Source of the DNA: Rhina ancylostomus
Lineage: Eukaryota
Assembly: GCA_030265395.1 (NCBI GenBank)
Contig: JARFYF010000112.1
Location: 51,259,071-51,323,070, forward strand
Direction of reading: 5' to 3'
Length of the DNA stretch: 64,000 nucleotides
Both the position numbers and the translations under genes were made by a program. The first letter of the stretch is position 1. Every line of letters starts with the position of its first letter. The notes under the pieces are model-generated. The model did no database searches. It saw only the letters and a list, made by a program, of their open reading frames with translations, and was not told where the DNA came from. Shown piece by piece: positions 52,765 to 62,549 of the stretch.

Positions 52765-53079
52765 GTGAAAATTGGATTCCGAGACTGACGAATGGGGAAA
52801 GCCGCTGTGATGGCACAGTGGAGATATATCACAACCACAGATGGGGCAGAGTTCACGATCATTTCTGGGACCTTAATGACGCCAATGTAGTCTGCAGAGA
52901 GCTCGACTGCGGCGATGCGATATCTGCATATGATTCCTCGAAGTACGGAGAGAGTGCACGGCCCCTGTTGGTGAATGGTGTTCACTGTAATGGAAGTGAG
53001 TCGCAGCTCCGCAACTGCAGCTTAACGACGTTTACATCATTTCCCAATGTCAGCAGTGGCGTTGGGGTCTTGTGTTCAG
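52765..53079 (+). CDS. SRCR exon 4 (open, 6 Cys)
   Basis: GENWIPRLTNGESRCDGTVEIYHNHRWGRVHDHFWDLNDANVVCRELDCG..CNGSESQLRNC..GVGVLCS; gcag| and |gtacac; 315 bp. Confidence 0.93.
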
Positions 53080-54749
53080 GTACACAAATAGTGTTAATGT
53101 GATAGATTCCTCATGCAAGTTTCTAGTTCATTAAGAAAATCTCTGTCTCTTGTCGGTAAAACAAGATGTTAAATTCTGGATGCATTCTGTTCCAAGCTGC
53201 CCCACTTATTTTACTTCGTTTTCACCCATTTCTCATATTTTCTCTGTTATGTTCCTCTCTTTAACCGCATTCCATCTATTTTTGATACCTGCTCACCTTT
53301 GCACACTCCCCACATTGCCGTTCCATCGATCTCTGCGTATTCCACCCACTTCATGGATGATTCGCTCCGTATTTCACTCTTTTCGTTTTCCCTCTGTCTG
53401 AGTCTCCAAGAGCCTTTCTAATTTCGACCTCCCCCCAGAAATGCCTCATTTCTTGCGCCTCAACCATCTCCTTTTTCTTCCGGTTGCCTCGTTCCATCCA
53501 CAGACCTTCCGCCTTCCATTCCTCTCCAAAACAGATCCAAGTGGAGCACTGATATTTAGGCAGTGGCGTTGGAGAGGGGTGGTTGTCAATTTCAGTGCTG
53601 GCTACAGCAGATGTACCAACATACAACAATGTTCTGTCATCCATCGTTCAAATTGACGTCCNNNNNNNNNNNNNNNNNNNNNNNNNNNNNNNNNNNNNNN
53701 NNNNNNNNNNNNNNNNNNNNNNNNNNNNNNNNNNNNNNNNNNNNNNNNNNNNNNNNNNNNNGTCAATTTCAGTGCTGGCTACAGCAGATGTACCAACATA
53801 CAACAATGTTCTGTCATCCATCGTTCAAATTGACGTCCTGTGGTATATAACTGTAAGCAGGAGTTTCGAGGGGAAACACAATGAAGTTGATGAGATGATT
53901 TCTCAGTTTTGACAGGGGTTCTGGAATCTTTCTGAAAAACCAGAACGATGCAATATTTGTGCAGTGTCATTATTTCAGGATTCAGCTTATGTGATTCATA
54001 TGTTATCACAAGTACTGCTGCAGCGGGAAGCAACTCAGTTATGTTACACGACGTCAAAATGCACCGGCGTGAGTGTTTGACTGTGGTTGTGTGCTGTGTA
54101 GCGATAGTGGGAGTGGTTGGGCTCCGAAGGATTTCCATGTGAGTGAAGGAAATTAGTTGTGGGAGAGTATATGTGACACAGATGAAAATGATGAAGTATT
54201 TGTGAGGTGAAAGTGCGCGCCATCTATAGCGAGAAATATGTGCAAAATCAATGTCGGATAGATTATACGAGCGGGTATAAAATAAATGCAAAATAAAGTA
54301 GATTAAGACTAATAAAGAAATTGAAGTGGTCTCTATCGTGATGTGTTGTGCGATTAGAATATGTGGTGCTGATGATGGATTTACGCTGAGTGAGGTGTGT
54401 TAGAGAGAGCGGAGTGATGGACAGCATTGAACCCGAGGAACTGAATAGAATATCGTGAATAACTGATTTGTGAAGAGATCGACGAAGAGTGTAGAGCACT
54501 ATACTCATATGCACAACACTGCAGCGGTATTTATTGTCCTACTTAACAGATTCTGTGTTGATCTGTTCAGATATGCCCGTTCAAACAGCAAGCAGCTGCA
54601 AGATTTCACGTCAGACCTGAATGTCATTGCGAAGCTGGAAGAAAATGTTTTCCTTCAGCTGATCAAACAAAAAATCTTGACTTGATCAAAGACATCACCA
54701 AGTCGAGTCGAGTTGAAAGTGTAACTCACATTTGTTTATTGACCAACAG

Positions 54750-55064
54750 AACACCTGAAGTTAAGGCTAACCGACGGTGGAAGTCCGTGTGCTGGACGAG
54801 TGGAGGTGTATTACGCTGGAGCGTGGGGCTCAGTTTGCAGCGATTCCTGGGATATGGTTGACGCTGGTGTGGTTTGTCGACAACTGGGTTGCGGAAATGT
54901 TGTGAAGACAAGTCGCACTGGCTATTGCGGACAAAGCCCAGGTCCAATATGGTTGGATGAAGTGACCTGTTTGGGTAACGAATCTTTCCTCTGGCAATGT
55001 CCTTCAGCACCATGGGGTAAACACGACTGTGCTCACAAAGAAGATGCAATGGTTATGTGTTCAG
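54750..55064 (+). CDS. SRCR exon 5a (open)
   Basis: EHLKLRLTDGGSPCAGRVEVYYAGAWGSVCSDSWDMVDAGVVCRQLGCG..GPIWLDEVTCLGNESFLWQCPSAPWGKHDCAHKEDAMVMCS; acag| and |gtaaag. Confidence 0.95.
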
Positions 55065-56260
55065 GTAAAGATGTCATGAATCCGTTCGTTCTTTGAAGTG
55101 TTGTCTGTCGAATTTGACACAGCAAATCCAAGAAAACATCTTGTTGAAACAGCTGTTCTGCATGTATTCCCGTTTCAACAAACAACACTTCTATAACATT
55201 ACCCTTTGGCCTTCTCTCGATTCATCTAAATGACATCTATATAATGTCCCTTTGCTCTGTTTTGACAAGATCCACATTCAAACATCTCCTAATGTAAATG
55301 GTATTGCCATCAAATATGGATGAGGTATATTTGAGACGATAACACATATGACATTCCTGGAATTGAAGAGCTGCTTTTGCGGATCATTAACACCAAGAAG
55401 AATTGAGATACAGATAAATCAAGCATTCATTCGATCAATACGATCATGCAAGGAAGAATCTCTGATAACCGTCTCCCAGCTTGCCAGAGTTCACTGATTT
55501 ATTTCCGCATTTGAAGCCAAGACAATGATTTTAATTTAACAACATGTGTCCTTTAGATAAATTCGTATTGTCAGTAGACATGAAAACACTTCATCGTACC
55601 CTTGTGGCCTTCCATGTGATTGAACGAATCCTAGAGGTATCTGGAACAGTATATTTGTTCTTCCAATCACATCCCATCTTGAAGAGATCCATGGCGTTCC
55701 CCGTTACCCTTACCAACCGAAAGTCGACGTGACAAAGAAATACTCCTATTATTCCTGTCCAAATTTGCTGGCACTATCTGGCACATTTTGAACAGCCAGC
55801 ACTGAGATAATGTACCCTTCCCCTTGTTCCTGTCCTTCCCAAAGGGTTCCAGGAACTCCAGCCACATCTGGAAGGTTATTTCCCTGATTTTACCAGTGCC
55901 AGATTATTGTCAAAACTCTAGCTTGAATATTTCTGTTTGTTTTATGATACCACAGGTGCCTTTTTTTCATTGTCCAGAAACATGCGCGCGCGCACACACA
56001 CACACAATTTAGCTGTAATATTCAAATTCACCAGTAATGTCATTCTCCTTGATACAACAGCATCACCAATCAACAATGTACTGAAGCAATAGATATAATG
56101 CTTGCACCCTCTTTGTACTTCTATAGCTGTTTCATTTTATATGTTCCTATCTCTTTGATATTCCTGCTCTGCCCCGAGTTGGTTCTCCATTTTTATTGAC
56201 TGCAATGCAGTTAGCAGGACTGCCACCACAAAAGCATACATTGAACAACCCAGAAATATT

Positions 56261-56335
56261 ATAGACAATAGGAGCAGAAGTAGACCATTCGGCCCTTCGA
56301 GTCTGCACCGCCATTTTGAGATCATGGCTGATCCT
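56261..56335 (-). mobile_element. Young CR1 LINE 3' end at the junction of duplication C
   Basis: ATAGACAATAGGAGCAGAAGTAGACCATTCGGCCCTTCGAG is a reverse-strand CR1 tail; the matching site in copy 2 (about 58953) is empty. Confidence 0.8.
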
Positions 56336-57411
56336 NNNNNNNNNNNNNNNNNNNNNNNNNNNNNNNNNNNNNNNNNNNNNNNNNNNNNNNNNNNNNNNNN
56401 NNNNNNNNNNNNNNNNNNNNNNNNNNNNNNNNNNNGTCAATTTCAGTGCTGGCTACAGCAGATGTACCAACATACAACAATGTTCTGTCATCCATCGTTC
56501 AAATTGACGTCCCGTGGTATGTAACTGTAAGCAGGAATTTCGAGGCGAAACACGATGAAGTTGATGAGATGATTTCTGAGTTTTGACAGGGGTTCTGGAA
56601 TCTTGCTGAAAAACCAGAACAATGCAATATTTGTGCAGTGTCACTATTCCAGGATTCAGCTTATGTGATTCATATGTTATCACAAGTACTGCAGTAGCGG
56701 GAAGCAACTCAGTTATGTTACACGACTTGAAAATGCACCTGCGTGTGTGTTTGATTGTGGTTGTGTGCTCTGTAGCGATAGTGGGAGTGGTTGGGCTCCG
56801 AAGGATTTCCATGTGAGTAAAGGAAATTAGTTGTGGGTGAGTATATCTGACACGGATGAAAATTATGAAGTATTTGTGAGGTGAAAGTGCGCGCCATCTA
56901 TAGAGAGAGATAGATGTGCAAAATCATTGTCGGATAGATTATACGAGCGGGTATAAAATAAATGCAAAATAAAGTAGATTATGACTAATAAAGAAATTGA
57001 AGTAGTCTCTATCGTGATGTGTTTTTCGATTAGAATATGTGGTGCTGATGATGGATTTACGCTGAATGAGGTGTGTTAGAGAGAGCGGAGAGATGGACAG
57101 CATTGAACCCGAGGAACTGAATAGAATATCGTGAATAACTGATTTGTGAAGAGATCGACGAAGAGTATAGAGCATCAATACTGCAGCAGTATTTATTGTC
57201 CTACTTAACAGATTCTGTGTTGATCTGTTCAGATATCCCCGTTCAAACTACAAGCAGCTGCAAGATTTCACGTCAGACCTGAATGTCATTGGGAAGGTGG
57301 AAGAAAATGTTTTCCTTCAGCTGATCAAAGAAAAAATCTTGACTTGATCGAAGACATCACCGAGTTGAGTCGAGTTGAAAGTGTAATTCACATTTGTTTG
57401 TTGACCAACAG

Positions 57412-57726
57412 AACACCTGAAGTTAAGGCTAGCCGACGGTGGAAGTCCGTGTGCTGGACGCGTGGAGGTGTATTACGCTGGGGCGTGGGGCTCAGTTTGC
57501 AGCGATTCCTGGGATATGGTTGACGCTGGTGTGGTTTGTCGACAACTGGGTTGCGGAAATGTTGTGAAGACAAGTCGCACTGGCTATTGCGGACAAAGCC
57601 CAGGTCCAATATGGTTGGATGAAGTGACCTGTTTGGGTAACGAATCTTTCCTCTGGCAATGTCCTTCAGCACCATGGGGTAAACACGACTGTGCTCACAA
57701 AGAAGATGCAATGGTTATGTGCTCAG
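57412..57726 (+). CDS. SRCR exon 5b (open; 4 nt different from 5a)
   Basis: Same splice sites and length as 5a; one amino-acid change, T to A. Confidence 0.93.
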
Positions 57727-58655
57727 GTAAAGATGTCATGAATCCGTTCGTTTTTTGAAGTGTTGTCTGTCGAATTTGACACAGGAAATCCAAGAAAACA
57801 TCTTGTTGAAACAGCTGTTCTGCATGTATTCCCGTTTCAACAAACAACACTTCTATTAATATTTCCCCTTGGCCTTCTCTCGATTCATCTGAATGACATC
57901 TATATAATGTCACTTTGCTCTGTTTTGACAAGATCCACATTCAAACATTTCCTAATGTAAATGGTATTGCCATCAAATATGGATGAGGTATATTTGAGAC
58001 GATAACACATATGACACTCCTGGCATTGAAGAGCTGCTTTTGCGGATCATTAACACCAAGAAGAATTGAGATACAGATAAATCAAGCATTCATTCGATCG
58101 ATACGATCATGCAAGGAAGAATCTCTGATAACCGCCTCCCGGCTTGTCAGAGTAAACTGATTTATTTCCGCATTTGAAGCCAAGACAATGATTGAAATTT
58201 AACAACATGTGTCCTTTAGATAAATTTGTATTGTCAGTAGACATGAAAACACTTCATCGTACCCTTGTGGCCTTCCATGTGGTTGAACGAATCCTTGAGG
58301 TATCTGGAACAGTATATTTGTTCTTACAATCACATCCCATCTTGAAGAGATCCATGGCGTTCCCCGTTACTCTTACCTACCGAAAGTCGACGTAACAAAG
58401 AAATACTCCTGTTATTCCTATCCAAATTTGCTGGCACTATCTGGCACAGTTTGAACAGCCAGCACTGAGATAATATACCCTTCCCCTTGTTCCTGTCCTT
58501 CCCAAAGGGTTCCAGGAACTCCAGCAACATTTGGAAGGTTATTTCCCTGAATTTACCAGTGCCAGATTATTGTCAAAACTTTAGCTTGAGTATTTCTCTT
58601 CGTTTTATGATACCATAGGTGTCTTTTATTGATTGTCCAGGAACATGCGCGCGCA

Positions 58656-58658
<3 letters not shown>

Positions 58659-58697
<39 letters not shown>
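58659..58697. repeat. (CA)n microsatellite (shorter version at about 55992-56006)
   Basis: Directly visible. Confidence 0.95.
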
Positions 58698-58699
<2 letters not shown>

Positions 58700-59186
58700 T
58701 TATCTGTAATCTTCAAATTCACCAGCAATGTCATGCTCTTTGATACAACCGCATCACCAATCAACAATGTACTGAAACATTAGATATAATGCTTGCACCC
58801 TCTTTGCACTTCCATAGCTATTTCTTTTTATATATTCCCATCTCTCTATGGTATTCCTGCTCCGCCCCGAGTTGGCTCTCCATTTTTATTGACTGCAATG
58901 CAATTAGCAGGACTGCCACCACAAAAGCATACATTGATCAACCCAGAAATATTGTTCGTGATTTTTGCAACTTCCTAAATGTATTCAATATCTTTTACAA
59001 TTTTATATATTTTTCCTTAGAATTACAGTTTTATTTCATTATGTCGAGATTCCAGATATTTTAATTATGTTTCTGCAACCACTAAAAATAATCGCTGAAC
59101 GCAATGGTTACCAGATGCAAGGTGAATTGTGAAATTGCAAGGGAACGCTGCCGAAGACTGATATTTACTTCCCATTTCAATTACAG

Positions 59187-59504
59187 AGCACAGAGAAATT
59201 CAACTGGTGAACGGAGTGCATCGCTGTGAGGGCAGAGTGGAAGTGTTCTCTAATGGGTCCGGGGGGACAGTGTGCTCGGAAACACTGGAGCCGATTGATG
59301 CAAAGGTGATCTGCAAACATTTGCAGTGTGGTTCCCTCCAAAGTATTCGATATGACATCCAGAAATTCGGACCGGTATCAGGACCCATTTGGCTTGATGG
59401 TGTGGCGTGCATGTCCCACGAGTTAACCCTTTAGCAGTGTCAATCAAAACCCTGGGGTGAACACAACTGTCAACACTCAGAGGATGCAGGTGTTATTTGC
59501 GCAG
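59187..59504 (+). pseudogene. SRCR exon 6, in-frame TAG at 59432-59434
   Basis: [70 protein letters not shown]; acag| and |gtaatt; 318 bp. Confidence 0.93.
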
Positions 59505-59760
59505 GTAATTTCGCGAATAAATCAGCATGATCACATCATTTCAAATAATAGTATCGAATGAATAAAAGTGAATAATTTCCATTCTCGACAGACACCAAAA
59601 TGCAGGATCGATCTGAGAGTTCAAAGGATTGTTTTTGCGATTCGGATTCTGTACCTTACAACTCGCCAGGTACGTTTTTTTTTCTGTTGACTGCATATTG
59701 AAATTGTTCCTGTTTCCTTCTTTTGACACGAAATAATTAATAGATTATTCTCTTTGATAG

Positions 59761-60078
59761 AATCCGGTGGACAGGTGCGAGTGGTTGGAAATGACAACAG
59801 CTGCTCAGGGAGGGTTGAAATATTTTCCAATAACAGCTGGTCCACTGTGTGTGATGACTCCTGGGACATGGCCGATGCTCATGTTGTCTGTAGGCAACTG
59901 GGTTGCGGACCCGCTCAATCAGCCCCAGGCGGTGGAGCCTTTGGTCAAGGCGATGGTGTGATCTGGCTGGATGAGTTGAAATGCACAGGAAGTGAGTCCT
60001 TTCTTTCCGACTGTGCTTCTTCGTCGCTGGATCGGCATGACTGTGATCACAAGGAAGACGCCAGTGTGATTTGTTCCG
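59761..60078 (+). CDS. SRCR exon 7 (open, membrane-proximal, canonical 8 Cys)
   Basis: ESGGQVRVVGNDNSCSGRVEIFSNNSWSTVCDDSWDMADAHVVCRQLGCG..FGQGDGVIWLDELKCTGSESFLSDC..HDCDHKEDASVICS; atag| and |gtgagt. Confidence 0.95.
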
Positions 60079-60196
60079 GTGAGTGTTTCAGAAATCCGCT
60101 TCAGCGACCGTTGACTATTTTTGCAGGTGTTGCAATTTTTGTGCAAATTTTCAGAAAACAAAAGATCTTTAAATGCTTCTGATGTGACTTCCACAG

Positions 60197-60237
60197 ATCC
60201 GGGGTTGTCTCGTACTGAGGATTCTGCATCAAATTCT
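60197..60237 (+). CDS. Stalk exon (DPGLSRTEDSASNS)
   Basis: ccacag| acceptor and |gtaagt donor; converts phase 1 to phase 0, as the TM exon requires. Confidence 0.75.
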
Positions 60238-60792
60238 GTAAGTGATCAGCAATGATAACGTATTAGTCTTATTATTAGAAAAAAAGTGCCCTGGGCTTCA
60301 CCAACATTTTATGTGGCAATGTGAACATTATGCAACATTCCAGGGCACTCCGGCCCTCCCATATTTGAAAATTGCAGTTAAATTCATTAATTTCATTTAG
60401 TATTATGCTATGATTATCCACCAAAATTATCGGGTACATGATGTAGGTACACGGCACTTTCTCTGATGCTGTGCACGCAGCAATTCTGGGGGAATGTTTA
60501 GCGCAGCACTTTGTGCACAAGATGCGGTTATGAAACTGATGAATTCATTTCTAGTTTTTGATAAAGACAAGACACGGAGTTGGCCTTAAGTCGTATCTGT
60601 TGTTATTATGGACAGGGGCGAAAGACCGTCTCCATTCCGGTGGCNNNNNNNNNNNNNNNNNNNNNNNNNNNNNNNNNNNNNNNNNNNNNNNNNNNNNNNN
60701 NNNNNNNNNNNNNNNNNNNNNNNNNNNNNNNNNNNNNNNNNNNNCAAGACACGGAGTTGGCCTTAAGTCGTATCTGTTGTTATTATGGACAG

Positions 60793-60904
60793 GGGCGAAA
60801 GACCGTCTCCATTCCGGTGGCTGTCTGTATTGTACTTGGTGTCCTTTTCATTTCTGGCCTGGTCTCCTTGTTTGCCGTAGCGAGGAGAAAGACAGCAAGA
60901 AGAG
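60793..60904 (+). CDS. Transmembrane exon (GRKTVSIPVAVCIVLGVLFISGLVSLFAVARRKTARR)
   Basis: Hydrophobic span followed by a basic stop-transfer; gacag| and |gtgaga; the SxPxxxCxxLG pattern recalls WC1/SCART TM segments. Confidence 0.9.
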
Positions 60905-61533
60905 GTGAGACTCCATTTGTGCAGCTGAATTAATGTTACCACTCAAAAATGGTTTCTTATGCAGTGGCTTCTCCCAGTACTTTGCACGTTTTCAAAACAA
61001 AATGCGCCCTTAGGCGGCTCTATCCATTCAAGCACCATGAGCTCCATGCACTCCTTGCAAACTAATGACTCCAGAAAAGATCAGTTAATGTCACCCAAAT
61101 TTGCTTCATTTAAATTGCCCTGTGTTTCTATGTCGCCAGGCGGCGGACGTGCATTCTGTTCTCCGAAAATCTCGTCACATTGAAATCCCCGTGCCTGCTA
61201 TTGACGGGCACGGAGACTCGTATTTGCACTCACAGCAAAGTTCCTCCACATAAAGCTGATCTGAATATAGTACCAAACTTTGACCGTCTCTTTGATTGCT
61301 GGTAAACGTACATCAAAGCTTAATTACTCAGACCTCTCTCTCTCTCTCTCCAACAGACTTTGCAAGTGGCGGATGGGGTTACCGTGCTGATTTGTATGAA
61401 GCTGTTTACGAAGAGATNNNNNNNNNNNNNNNNNNNNNNNNNNNNNNNNNNNNNNNNNNNNNNNNNNNNNNNNNNNNNNNNNNNNNNNNNNNNNNNNNNN
61501 NNNNNNNNNNNNNNNNNTCTCTCTCTCCAACAG

Positions 61534-61641
61534 ACTTTGCAAGTGGCGGATGGGGTTACCGTGCTGATTTGTATGAAGCTGTTTACGAAGAGATTGAAAA
61601 TAATCCCTATAGTCAATATTATGTTCGGAGAAATTGTTCAG
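61534..61641 (+). CDS. Cytoplasmic exon with YEEI motif (DFASGGWGYRADLYEAVYEEIENNPYSQYYVRRNCS)
   Basis: Pyrimidine tract plus cag| acceptor, in phase with the TM exon; the donor gttctc is weak. Confidence 0.8.
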
Positions 61642-62173
61642 GTTCTCTTTGCATTTGATGCCGAATACTCACCACATAATTACCAAATCTCTTTATTAAC
61701 CCACTTAATCTCTGCACTGGTTGGTCTCGGACAGCGATCCCCCCGATATATTCATCCGGCGAACTGCCTTAAAATCTGTAAAATCAGAGTGTCATATGTG
61801 TTGGAATGCTTGCAAAGATTCCGGGATATTTCGCGCTGATAAAGCATTGGATTCTTTTTGTTTGACATTTTGTGGGAACGCCTGCCTGAAAATCGTTTCC
61901 TGCAATATACAGACTCTCATTGATGTCTGAACACGGAAGTAAGAGCCAGATTTTCTGAAATAATCGTTCACGTATGGATTATCAACCCAAATACTGTGTT
62001 GTTATTTTCTGTCAGCTTGGAGTTGTGAATCTAAAGCAGGAAATAAGCTACCTCGGACGATCCTGGGTAGAATACTCTACAGAAATATGTTCCTAAGTTC
62101 GAATGTAATGTCATTATGAATTTGAGGTATGCGCATGCATTTTCCGTGAAAAAATACTTTCTCCCACTTCCAG

Positions 62174-62281
62174 GTTCCTTTTCTGACAATTACGACGAAG
62201 CGGAGCCTGGAGAAACTGACACATGTGTTGGTGATTTGCTGACACAAGATGATAATGCCAACGAGAATCTCTCCAAACTAG
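62174..62281 (+). CDS. Cytoplasmic exon (GSFSDNYDEAEPGETDTCVGDLLTQDDNANENLSKL)
   Basis: ttccag| and |gtgagt; 108 bp, phase 1-1; acidic YDEAE motif. Confidence 0.75.
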
Positions 62282-62442
62282 GTGAGTTAAGACAATTACA
62301 TTTCCTCATCGTATTAGGCAATGATAAACAGATCATGTTCATTGACAGAACATGCTGCGATAGTATTTAATGTGCAACTAACGTGGCATCTGCATCATCC
62401 CGTCTTCAACCCATTATGGGTCTATTATCTGTCTTCCCACAG

Positions 62443-62549
62443 AGTGTGTCACTCGGACCCGAGGGAACTCAGGTAGTCCGGTTACATATATACATGATGG
62501 CGATCTTTCCGTTGACATCTTGGCCCAGTGCTCCGACAGACCAAGTTAG
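62443..62549 (+). CDS. Putative terminal coding exon (ECVTRTRGNSGSPVTYIHDGDLSVDILAQCSDRPS*)
   Basis: tcttcccacag| acceptor, open in phase 1 to TAG at 62547-62549. Confidence 0.5.

Larger units (their letters stand above)
53762..58952. repeat. Apparent tandem duplication C: 53762-56260 and 56436-58952, each carrying SRCR exon 5
   Basis: Colinear about 2.5-kb copies that both begin at the same base immediately after a gap. Confidence 0.95.
30249..62549 (+). other. CD163/WC1/SCART-like group-B SRCR transmembrane receptor gene (partly disabled; possible pseudogene)
   Basis: Leader, 8 one-domain-per-exon SRCR exons (all phase 1-1, AG acceptors), stalk, TM and Tyr-motif tail; splice phases are consistent from start to stop. 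Confidence 0.9.

Noticed and set aside
60567-61600. Duplicated starts of the TM and YEEI exons
   Set aside because: Essentially exact copies of about 77-80 bp on both sides of 100-N gaps, i.e. contig-overlap artefacts rather than exon duplications.
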